This document shows positions 37,060 through 48,106 of a stretch of 64,000 nucleotides of DNA, piece after piece. The DNA is taken from the NCBI GenBank assembly GCA_010093605.1, contig MU004190.1, forward strand, positions 434,001 through 498,000. The letters run 5' to 3'. The translations under genes and the position numbers were made by a program. The notes below the pieces were generated by a model that was not told the origin of the DNA, ran no database searches, and saw only the letters and a list, made by a program, of their open reading frames with translations. This DNA comes from Lophium mytilinum. Taxonomy: Eukaryota. Each line of letters begins with the position of its first letter. Within the stretch, counting starts at the first letter, position 1.

Positions 37060-38604
37060 CTACGCAGGAGGGTTTCTGCCCGCCCACGGGGCTCGTGTCG
37101 TTGGGTTCGCGGCAGCTCCAGGCCTTGCCCAGGGTGCAGTCGTTGCGTTTCCAGAAGCTGGCGGCGGCACTGCTGTAGCAGACACCCATGGCGCCCTAGT
37201 CGGCTGGTTAGGACCATCAGGAACGGGTACCTGAGCGCGTGTCGTCGCCCACGGCGCCGCAGTTCCTGCTGTGGACGGTGTTGGCGCACCAGCCCAAGTA
37301 GCCCGCATGCCCTCTTGCATTGGGTCTCGCAGCGGCGCACTTCTCGACTGTGTTACCGTCGTCTGCCTCGTGGGCTGGCTTGTCGCATGCACCGAAGCCG
37401 TAATTGCTAGCGCTGCAGGGTCCTTCTCCCAAGCAAAGAGCGAGCCGAACGGGAAATGCTGTACGACTGGAAACTTGGAGAGCACTTCGGCATTGTACAT
37501 TTTCAGCATACCCTATACGTTATGTTAGAAGGATTTTCCTGACGTCTCACCACATGTGGCTAACCTTATTGATCTTTGCCCATCCTGCCTTGACTCCCGA
37601 GATATCGAACAGGATGGGGCTGTGCTCCCAGAACGGGCCTCTCTTGACGTCGTAGATGAAGCCAATTGCGTTGAAGTACATGTTGATTTTCCTTTCGCGC
37701 CCAACAACGTCGGCCTTTGCCACGTCAGGAGGATTGGGAGAATTTGGTAGCGAGCCCTCGGCGGGTATATCTGCCGGGGTGCGGATTGCTGGAGACAGCT
37801 GTGCGGAGCCAAAGATGTAAGGAAGAAATGAATGGTCGTCTAAGCCCCATACGCCGTGAGAGCCCGCCGGTTCGAGTGTGTACGTCAAAATTAGGCGACG
37901 GACCAGTTGTAAATAGCTACCGTCATGTCAACGAAATGTCGATCAACCACTAAGGTTGCTTACGGTTCAATGACGCCGAGCACAATGCCTCGCTCCTCCG
38001 CGCTAGACTCGGTCTGAGGAAACGCACCGAGTTTCCACAAGCAGCCAAGAAAGGCAAGAAAGCTAAGTTCGTGGCCAGTGCCATAATCTAGGCGCTGTGA
38101 GCTGCCAAAGCTGCCAAACAGATATGCTTCTAGCTCGGTTTTGGCAGTCGTGCCTTCAGAACCGCTACCTAGAGCCAGGATCTCAGTAGGAAGATGATCA
38201 TCCATCAACGCCGGCAGTCTCTCTTTAACCAAGTCATACCATTTCCTGAAGCTGACATTGCCGAACCTGCGCGGTCCAGTATCTAGGGGCACTTCGTCGA
38301 TAAAGCTGGCTAATTTCTCCAGGAGCTGGCTCAGTTTGAGTGTTACTGGTGACAAGGGAACCCTGGTATCATGCAACTCCCAGGCCTCTACGGTCTGAGA
38401 TGTTGATGTTTGTGTAAGCTTTCTTGGAAACATAGAAGCGTTCAACTGAAACAGAAATGTCATGATATCGCTGTATGCCTTCGTAGTGAGGAAGAATGAG
38501 ACGTCTTCGCCATCATGAATACACTTCGCCGGGATGGCAAATTTGTGCTCCGCCTTGTTGTCTAGCAGCTTCAGAGGCTGGTGTGGTATTCTGGTGTCAG
38601 CCAT
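37060..38604 (-). CDS. RRD1: PP2A phosphotyrosyl phosphatase activator (PTPA, Rrd1-like)
   Basis: [69 protein letters not shown] and [18 protein letters not shown]. Two introns (~37917-37963, ~37514-37564). Confidence 0.93.
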
Positions 38605-38801
38605 AGTGACGCGGTAGTTGGATGAATGAGAGAGCCTTCACGCTATGAGACTAACAGGTTGGATGCCGGAAGCGTGACTTCGCGTTAAGGACATCCCGGT
38701 CGCCGCGCCAACCCAACGACAGCCAGCCTTGTATCCCCGCTCCGAAACAACGACGTTGATTCACTACTTTCTCCCCTCGTCCCCCTCCAAGGTTCGTTGA
38801 A

Positions 38802-41366
38802 ATGGCGAGGTTAAGGTCTGATGGCAAGGTTCAGAATTCCAGTAAGGTCGCGGACGCTTTGCCGGACGGGGCATCACAGTACAGCTACAGCAACGAGAAC
38901 AGCGACGAGGACCGCAATGGCGAGTCCGACCTCGAAGAAGATGGTATGGCCTTCCCTGATACCGCCGTTGTCATGCTCTGACGATTTAGGCGACGACGAT
39001 GCCCAGATACCTGATAGTGAGGACCTGGCGAACAGCCAGCTGATTGCGGAGCACAGTAGGGATGCCGCCCTCTCGGAAGAGGACATTACTGATTCAGTGC
39101 AAGTTGCAGCATTGCACCACGACGCATCGCACAACTTCTCTGAATCAATAGTGGGGAGGCCCCATCGTAGCTCAGCGCAAGCGGCTGCCAACGCCAGCCT
39201 TCTCAACGCTGCTCGCCAAGAGCCAGCATCGAGACGCAACCAACCCGCCCACGACACGTTGCCGATACGGCCGACAAGGAGCTCTCGCAATCTCGAGCCC
39301 GTCCCTCCCACGAAGGCAGGAAAGCTGAAGCGGCCATCTTCAGCTGCGACTAGCTCCTCTAATCCACGAGCGCAACGCCGAAGAGACCCGTACAACCTCC
39401 CAAGCTCCCAATCAGATCCGTCCCCAGCGAACACTGCACCGGATATACAGATTACTCCGCAAAAACAGAGGACTGGAAGGCGTAACAGGGCGGAACCGGA
39501 CGAAGCTGTTCTTGAGCCCACACCGCCTTCGAGGAAAAGTAAAAGGGTTGCTGGGGAAGACGTCTCCGTGGAGCCTGCACCACCAGGCGAGATTGTTGAA
39601 CATGCCGTCCAAAAGCGGCAGGGGATTGCCGAAAAACGACGCCATACTGCGGATGATGACGCAGAGGATCAAGGGCAGACCCCTCCGAAACGACCTCTTT
39701 CCTCCAGAGCTCGGCCAGCCGGAAATCCCAAATCACCAGCACCAGAGGTAGAAAACACAGTCGCACGTGGACGTGGAAGGCCCCGGGGGACCAAGAATCC
39801 ACCCAAACCTCAGCCCGAGAAAAGCGCCAGTTCCCGAATAGATCAGGCTGAGAAAGAGCAGGGCGTCACGAAGGCTACTAAAGCGCTAAATGCTAGCAAT
39901 AAGGCTATTCTACCAGGTGAAGCTAATTCGAAAGCCCAGCAACGGGCATCACGGCGCACGGGATCTCGAAATCAGGCGGGGGTCGAACAACCCGAGGAGA
40001 ACGACCATAGTACCAGTGGCCACCAGGAGCCGTCTGATCCTAAGCCAAGGAAGACTCAAGGAAAGGACGTACAGCCGCAGTCTAGTAGTACTGTACAAGA
40101 CCCGCGGGAAGTCCAGCCAGGCGAACAGCGCGACGGCATCGAAGATGAAGAATACACAGACGTGGAACAGTCGGACAGCGAAGAAGAACGCGGTGATTTT
40201 CTCGGCGAAGCACCTGAATTGCAAAAGGTCTTCTCGTTCGAGCGTCGGAAAATTCCCCTGGAAACTGACACAGGGAAAGAAATTCGCGAAAGCTATCTAA
40301 TTGCGCAGTCACTCTTCCGAACCCCCGAGACTGATCATGGGGACGAGCTCAATCTTCTTTTCGAAGAACGGGATGCGGAATTACTCAACCTTCGCAACCT
40401 GCTCACAACTGTAGAGCGCGACGAATTCCCAGAAGCCAAGGGCGAAATCATCCAAGATCTATACGCTCGGGTTCTACCTTCGCTAGCTCTCCTACTAGAA
40501 GACATTTGGGACTGCTGTGTCCCTAAAGAGACCGAAGGAGTGCTCCCTGAAAAGTGCCTCAGCCTAGTGATTCCTTACATCCGTATGATTCTCAGTCTGC
40601 ACAGCGCCCTCCAAACCTGGAAGGAAAAGCCGGACACAAAGTTAGCCATTGTGAAGCCAGTGCAAAGTCAAATCATCGCCCCGCTCAAAAAAGTGCTGAA
40701 CATATTAGAGAAAGAGAAACGGAAACGGCAAGATGCCGAAGCCCAGCTCGAGCAGAAACGCGCCACGGCAGCTGCCTTAGAGGAACGCGAGGAACTCGAC
40801 TCCCGGCTCGAGGAAGAGCGAAGAGAGCGCACGGCGCTCAAACGGAAATGGATCGATCTCCATCTCACCCGCATGGCTTGCGAGCCGGACGCCAGGCTCG
40901 CCCACCGTCTTCGCGCGAAGACTCGCGTCGTTCTTCCCATCGACCACGAGCCCAAGATCGAGCAGGACGCTGATGGCAACCCGTTCGAGCGCGTGGATGG
41001 CCTGGGTGCGCCGAGGACCTCGCGGCCGCCCACTGCTGGGGCGAAGATTGCGCTTCAGTGGACGAAGGAAGAGCGCTCGGCGCTCGATGAGGCGCTGGAG
41101 AAATACGCAGGTAAGCTTCGTGCTGCCTCTGCTGCTCCATTGTTCGTGACTAACCCTGTAAAGGTAAACGCGTTTACCAAAACGTCTTTAAAAAGCACTG
41201 CGGGCGAGGCGGCTTGCTGCGGAAATACACCGTGCCCGAGATCGTGGAGCAGGCGATGTACATGCGAAGCCAGTACATCGATTGGGCCTTGGAGCAAGGC
41301 GGCCAGCCCGAGGAGTGGATTGAGAGTATCCCTGTTTTCCACTGGGTCGAGGAGAAGGCGGTGTAG
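38802..41366 (+). CDS. Hypothetical nuclear protein: disordered N-half with AT-hook, helical/coiled-coil middle, C-terminal Myb/SANT-like segment
   Basis: Model ATG 38802, introns 38944-38989 and 41111-41163. RGRGRPRG AT-hook; WTKEERSALDEALEKYAG...VFKKHC...LLRKYTVPEIVEQA at the C-terminus. Confidence 0.75.
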
Positions 41367-42450
41367 TGATCGATCGCGACGCTTGAACGCTACTTTTCAT
41401 GATATCAGGACGTTACGTACTATCTTCGGGGTGATGGAGTATGGGTTAGCAGCTATGGGGTTATTGGAGTACATTGTTACGGAATTTGATACCCATACAA
41501 TTTGTTTGAGGCTTCAGCTTGTAGTAAACTGGTAGTTCATTGGTGACTACAGGGAATCGGTACCTATTTCTGATATACCTGATCTAGACATCATGGATTA
41601 GACTCTCTATACACCTCCTCAAGCATGACCTAGCGACAAGATCACATCGTGTTCGACTGGGCGCCTAACATTACCACTTTAAAACGGCTCCCCGAGCACA
41701 TGTGTAACAACATCGATCATCGAATGTACCGGAGTGGACATGCCAGCCCAGCCGTACTAAGTAAGACTCTTGATTTACGGTGCGCAGTGCAGTACATCCC
41801 TGAATTCAGAACTCCTACTCTCAGATGGGCCTTTGCTGCCCTATCAACTATTCCCAAGCGCGTAAACACCGAGTGTGATTCTAAAGGTGTAGACGGCGCG
41901 GGTTACGGTCTTTAAACTTGTACATTTTAGCATCGCAAGTTCGTATCCTCTAGTGCGATGTTGAGGTTATGTCGACTGTCGCAGAATGGCGAAGCATCTA
42001 GTCTAATCTCTAAACTGTGATAATGGAGATTGGCGGCCTGGTTCTCTGTGTGTAGGTAGAAGGCGGCATCGTGCGATTACGGTCAAGGGTTGGAGGCATA
42101 TCACGTGATCTATGATGTGCAGGACAATGTATCTTGAAGTCATTTCCTTCAATGCTCCCATAAGCCTTTAATGATGTGACAGTCGCTCCAGAGTCATTAA
42201 GCACCTAGCACGTGTGGTGAAACATCCTATTACTGGCGATGGAGGTGGCTTGCCCGATCGCGGTAATTTGCGCGGGTGGTGAAGCTGAAAGAATAAACAC
42301 GTGAGACGATGGACACGTTGCGGAAATGCGAGGGAGAGCACCTTGCTGGACTGCGTGCGCTGTGCGGGTGGTGACGTTGGTGTAACTAAACTTAAGTGGG
42401 GCTGATCGTGTGCCATGTGTATATTTCTCAATATATTCTTTGCCTTCCTC

Positions 42451-42551
42451 AAATTACAGCGGCTTGCGATGTGCTCTAGTGAAGCCAACTAAGAAGGGCT
42501 ATCTCACCGGGGCCTCCTTCCCTTACCACCCCCGAGGTGGATGTAATTTTT
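42451..42551 (+). ncRNA. Putative Pol III-transcribed ~100-nt structured RNA, copy 2 (family unknown)
   Basis: One substitution (42495 A vs 11125 G) relative to copy 1. TATATT at 42420 (-31), T5 then T7 runs, B-box at 42565-42580. Confidence 0.6.
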
Positions 42552-42564
42552 GTCTTTTTTTGCT

Positions 42565-42592
42565 AGCTTGAGTTCGAATCTCGCGTGTGCCA
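42565..42592 (+). promoter_or_regulatory. Downstream Pol III B-box / tRNA T-arm plus acceptor-strand-like remnant
   Basis: AGCTTGAG-TTCGAAT-CTCGC-GTGTGCC-A has the spacing of a tRNA T-arm plus 3' acceptor strand; no matching 5' tRNA half found. Confidence 0.6.
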
Positions 42593-43383
42593 CCTTGCTT
42601 TTTTCTTTTGTTTGAACGGTTTATCCTTTTTGCCCGCCGGCTATGTCGTAATCCTCTGTTGCTAGCAGACTTTCTTTTGTTTTCCATCTCTTGATACGTA
42701 GGCGTTCCTTGTAGACTTCTTAAAGGACCAGTATATAATAGCTAGGATTGGAGGAAAAAGGAGAGTCTCGGGACTTACAGCTAGATGCGATGCATTCCAG
42801 GCACACGAAGAAAGCACGTTACACTTTCTATTTTACTAAAATTGCTCTGGATGAGTAAGGTTCTCGACAGATGTAGTGTTCTCAAGGGATTGAAAATCCT
42901 GCCCGACGGTCATAAGGAGATAAACTTGGGCGGCTTGCAACAGCTTTTGTTTTGTCGAGGGCTTTTAGGACTGAAGTATGCTTCTAGCATAAAAAATGCT
43001 CACCTCTATATCCTCCACTGTAGAGATAACCTACCTACCTAGATAGCTGAAGAGAGTGAAGGAGTTGGGATAGAGTTAGGCCAAGGCCTCGCTTCGGTAT
43101 CCTGGTGGAGAGGTGACGTCTCAGCTTACGAGGCCCACATCATTCCACCATTCAGCTGGACTAGGTAGCCTTTCCATCCTCTAACCACCTGCGCAATCGG
43201 TACTACTTTACGAGGAATACGATAGACTTCCTAAGGCCGGCGTCAGGCATCAGCGACGGATCTTGATGCTTGAAAAGGCTTGATATCTGCTAATTCCTAA
43301 CTCTTACTTTCTACGAAACCACCACAGCAGCCGCACAGAATTCCTACTTGCACCGATTTTCATATAACATCCTTTCATCAATC

Positions 43384-44541
43384 ATGTCTGAAGGCTCCAG
43401 CATCCCTAACGCCAAGTACTCCACCATCACCAATCACACCGTAACCCCGCCAGGATGGTCATCGCACCCGCGAATCGACAGATCAACCCTCACAAACTGC
43501 ACCCTCGCCGGTCTCTCTGAGAAGACCGTATTCGACCGCTCTCGCCTCACAGACACCACAGTCACCTCGGCAGCTTCCGCAGGCCCCCCGTCATCCGTAT
43601 CAATCGCACGAAATGGTAAATCGCACTTCGACCGCAGCGTCCTCGAGCGCGCCCACGTGACAGACTCGTATCTCAACCGCTCCACCATCAAAGACAGCAC
43701 GATGAACCTCGCGCACGCGGACCGAAGCACCGTCTCTGGCACTCAGTGTGTCATTAGCAGTAGTCGGCTGGACCGGTCTACGGTGTCCGATAGCTTTATC
43801 AGCGGCGACAGCGTCGCTGAACGCAGCGATGTTAAAGAGGGCTCCGAGGTTAGCGGGAAGAGCAACCTCTCACGGTCAAGGGTGACCGCTTCGCGAGTTA
43901 GAGACGCGACGAGGCTGGATCGGAGCACTCTCAAGAACTGTAGTGTTGAAAACAGTCGCGCGGAGAGAAGCACTTTGGAGGATTGCGAGGTTGTGAATTG
44001 TAAGCTTGAGCGGACGAAATTCACGGGAATGCGGTTGGCGAATGGGCGGTGGGAAAGGGGGAATCTAGTAGGGAGGATAGGGGAGGGAGAGGTGATCTGT
44101 GAGAAGATCGAGCAGGCGAAGGTTGACGAGAAGGGAGAGCGTGCGGAGACGGCGAGGGTACAGGAGCCATTGAGGCCGCTAGATGCTGCAGAAGTAATTG
44201 CTCTACGGGATGGGTTCCTGCCCGATGAGAAAAAACTGGTAGGTTGTTTTTCTTTGCACTATAATGCCATTTGCGGCGGCCACTTCGAGGGACATTTCTC
44301 TAACACCTGCCAGCAACCTGACGCCCCTGACTCACTTCGTATAAACATCGAGCATTCTTCCGACATTTCTAGAGATCCAGATGCTAAGTACGAACACGTC
44401 ATGAGCCCAATTTCTGAGGCTGGCACAGCAAGCTCAGGGGTGGGCTGGTCGACGGGTCTTCCGGACGAAGAAACAGCGCTTGAGCTTGAGACCTACGACG
44501 GGCCAAGGACGTACACGCCTCCTCCGCCCTATGATGGCTGA
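43384..44541 (+). CDS. Pentapeptide-repeat beta-solenoid protein with C-terminal PPxY motif
   Basis: ATG 43384; about 12 repeats of hydrophobic-[D/E/N/S]-R-[S/T/G], mostly spaced 15-17 aa apart. Likely in-frame intron 44239-44313; ends YTPPPPYDG*. Confidence 0.85.
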   Translation: MSEGSSIPNAKYSTITNHTVTPPGWSSHPRIDRSTLTNCTLAGLSEKTVFDRSRLTDTTVTSAASAGPPSSVSIARNGKSHFDRSVLERAHVTDSYLNRSTIKDSTMNLAHADRSTVSGTQCVISSSRLDRSTVSDSFISGDSVAERSDVKEGSEVSGKSNLSRSRVTASRVRDATRLDRSTLKNCSVENSRAERSTLEDCEVVNCKLERTKFTGMRLANGRWERGNLVGRIGEGEVICEKIEQAKVDEKGERAETARVQEPLRPLDAAEVIALRDGFLPDEKKLVGCFSLHYNAICGGHFEGHFSNTCQQPDAPDSLRINIEHSSDISRDPDAKYEHVMSPISEAGTASSGVGWSTGLPDEETALELETYDGPRTYTPPPPYDG

Positions 44542-44965
44542 GATTATATAGATGTCAAACTTCACGCTGCGTGGTATTGATTTACTCTTGACAGATTATT
44601 CTTCTAGCAACGGGGGTCCTCCTGACAGTGGCGTCTAGCTTCCAAAGTGGCTTTCAAGCAGTGGTAATTTCGAGAGCCTAGATTTACGGCCTAATTTCGT
44701 ACTTATACATCGCGCCTGGATCTTTGAAAGCCTATAGAGGATCCCGAAGCAGCGGTAAGCAGGCGTACACAGAACTACTGTTGCCCTGTCATTACACATA
44801 CCACTGGTATAGCCTTGGTTGATTAAACGAGCATCCTCAATAGCGAATAGGTGGCAGGTAGAATCTCAGTGTGCTAATCAGTATATGTCAACCCTGTCTC
44901 CTAACGCCGCCAATATGCGAAAGACATGCCACGATAGTTTGCATGCATCTAGATCTGCAGGCACC

Positions 44966-46556
44966 CTACTTCTCCACCAACTCTCTCAAGCTATCTAGCC
45001 CACCCTCATGATGCTCAATATCGTACTCCTCAGGGTATGTCTCAAGAATACCAAGTAATTCCGTGACCTGGCTCTTTTGCTCCTCTGTGACATTCTCCCA
45101 CACATCTGTGAAGCCATACTTCAGCGCTGGCTTCATCTCCTTCTCAGCCTGCGCAAAAGCGCCTAGAACGTCTTTCCTCAGCTTCCGACGCAGCTCCCCT
45201 TCCTTGTCTTCGTCCCATAATTCGCGGCCTTCTAGCCACTTTCGTAGCCGGGTAAGCGGATTGTCGCGGCGTTTCCAGTCCTCGACTTCGACGCGTCCGC
45301 GGTACGCAAAGCTATCGTCGGAGGTGCTGTGATGGCCAACGCGGTACGCCATCATCTCGACGAGGATAGGTTTCCCGCCATCCTCGAGGGCTTTCTGGCG
45401 CGCCTCCTTGATGGATTCACGAACGGCGAAGATGTCGTTACCGTCGACACGGATGGTTTCTATGCCGTAACCTGCACCTCGACTGGCGATGCCGTCGCCT
45501 CGGTACTGGTCTTTGGTTGGAGTTGAGATAGCGAAGCCGTTGTTCCGGCAGAGGAAAATTACAGGGCTGCCGCGGGTTGCGGCAATGTTCATGGCTCCGT
45601 GGAAGTCGCCCTCGCTGGCAGCGCCCTCGCCGAAGAAGGTGAGGGCGATTCTAGGAGGCAGGTCCGGCCGTTGAGCATTTTGCATCTTCAAAGCATAGGC
45701 TGCGCCAGCGGCGTGAGGAATTTGAGTTGCGAGGGTGGAAGAGACGGTATGCTGAATACAGTTGTTAGCGGGGACAATCGATACATGCTTTGAGTTGTAC
45801 TCACGATGTTCAATTCTCGGCTTCCGTAGTGGACAGGCATGTTCCTGCCGTGGCCTACGTCCTTGTGGTTGGAAAACATCTGATCCATGAACTGTTCTAG
45901 AGTAAAGCCCCGTTCTAGAAAGACGCCGGTCTCACGGTACTGGCAAAAGACGACGTCGCTGGGGTCAAGGGCGCTGGATGCTCCAATGGTGATAGCTTCT
46001 TCGCCGGCAGAAGCCTATCAGATCGTTAGCATCATCTTGATTAGAACCTCTGAACTGTCTTACCATATAGAAACTTAAGCGGCCTTGTCTCTGAGCTTCG
46101 AACATGATGGTGTCCATAATGCTTACTGCCACACGTCAGTCTCCATTCTTTTGGTTCTGTCCTCCATCGGGCACTGACACAGCACCATCTTGGTGTATAA
46201 TGTGACCGCCTCCTCATCCGTAGTACCAACACCCCTCTCCTTGTTGATCACCACTCCATCCTGGTCCATAACCCGGAACGTAGGAATGGCCTCCATGGTC
46301 GAAGGCGACGTAAATTCGAGGTCATTGGTAAGCTTGCTATTCAGGGCTCCTGGAAACAGTACCCTATCACAATAATCAGCATGAAAGTCCTCTCAAAATA
46401 TCTCGAAGAAGTTTACCGTTCGGAAGCCGGAGAGACCGCCGAGCTCCATCGTTGCCAGGAACGCGATGTTGAGGGTGTTATGGAGGGTTGAGTGCGTGTC
46501 GAAGCTTGGAATATTCTCCGGACGGGTATCCTGCGTATTCCATAGCGGAGAGACAT
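44966..46556 (-). CDS. Branched-chain alpha-keto acid dehydrogenase E1 alpha subunit, mitochondrial
   Basis: Presequence MSLRYGIRR, EAQRQGRLSFYM, GRNMPVHYG, TPP motif GEGAASEGDFH...CRNNGFAIST and YRVGHHSTSDDS. Four introns. Confidence 0.95.
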
Positions 46557-47090
46557 GGTGTGTATGCTACATGGTGCGTTCATGGGAAGTGTGGGGATAT
46601 AAGATCTGGGGAAACTGAATCAGAGCTCCCGAGGGGACCGGCAAGCGTCGGTTTAGACGTGTGTCACGTGGACTGGAGTTATCCTCCGGAAAAACAGTGC
46701 TTGGCTAAGAATTGCCGGAGTGAAATCTCCGGTGAATAACATATTGTAATTTGAAGAAATTCAAAGCTGTTCCTGCAAGTTACCTGTGTGCCATTTCTGC
46801 GAACGAGAATTTGTGAGAGCTCCCTAATCTTGAGAGTGGTGGGAAGGAGCGTTTTTTCCCGCCGGCGCTTCCCATGCTTGAGGCTTGCCAAATGATCTTT
46901 CTAGGATCGTAAATGAACGACTCACTCTCTTTCTTGACGATAGTTTCACAGAGCTAGAGCACCATTGGGCGTACTGCATTGGTTACGCACTATTTACAAG
47001 TTTCTCATTGGAGGGAGATGCCAAGACTATATGCTAGTGGGCTAGGTAGGTAAACGTCGAGCATCGTGAACCTTGCTCATCAACGACATC

Positions 47091-48106
47091 ATGAACGTCT
47101 CAACAACAAAACTCCTCGGAAGGAGGCAATTGCTGCTATCGACACGAGCAACTATCAGGAGAGAGCCATACCGGTGTTTTTCCTGCTCAATACGCCATGC
47201 ACAGCAAACAACACCTCCCCCGGGAGAGCCTGGCAATCGAACCACCCATTTCGGATTCGAGACAGTAGCAGAAGCAATGAAAGAGAAGAAAGGTACCCAC
47301 ATCCTCCATCCAGCCCTACCAACCCTCAATCTCACACACCGTTAGTCGCCACCGTCTTCTCCTCCGTCGCCTCCTCCTACGACACAATGAACGACCTCAT
47401 GTCGCTCGGCATCCACCGCCTCTGGAAAGACCACTTCGTGCGCAACCTCAACCCCGGCTCCAACCCGCTCACCTCGCGCTCCCCCACCGCCTCCGGCTGG
47501 AACATCCTCGACATCGCCGGCGGCACCGGCGACATCGCCTTCCGCATGCTCGACCACGCCTCCACCCTCAACCACGACGCCCACACCCGCGTCACGGTCG
47601 CCGACATAAACCCAGACATGCTCGCCGAGGGCCGCAAGCGCGCGCTCAACACTCCCTACGCACGTACCCCGCGGCTGGACTTCGTGGAAGCGAACGCGGA
47701 GCATTTGGATATGATACCAGACGCCAGCATCGATTTGTACACTGTGGCGTTCGGCATCCGCAATTTCACGGACAAGGACGCAGCGCTGCGAGAGGCGTTT
47801 AGGGTGCTGAAGCCCGGCGGGGTGTTTGCGTGTCTGGAGTTTAGTAAAGTGAACAGCTCGCTGTTTGATGCGGTGTATAAGCGGTGGAGTTTCGGGGCGA
47901 TACCGCTGATTGGGCAGCTGGTGGCGGGGGATCGGGATAGCTATCAGTATCTGGTGGAGAGTATTGAGAAGTTCCCGAGCCAGACGGAGTTTAGGGATAT
48001 GATTCAAAGGGCTGGGTTCTTAGTCCCAGGGCAGGGGTGGGAGGATTTGACGGGGGGAATTGCGGCGATTCATAAGGGGGTGAAGCCGGTTGAGGGGAAG
48101 AGTTGA
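47091..48106 (+). CDS. COQ5: Ubiquinone biosynthesis C-methyltransferase Coq5 (UbiE family)
   Basis: TTHFGFETV, intron 47293-47345, VFSSVASSYDTMNDLMSLGIHRLWKD, LDIAGGTGDIA, AFGIRN and SYQYLVESI. Confidence 0.96.

Noticed and set aside
42407..42592. CGTGTGCCA on both sides of RNA copy 2 as a target-site duplication
   Set aside because: The downstream instance is part of the block shared with copy 1, and copy 1 has no equivalent flanking repeat; probably chance.
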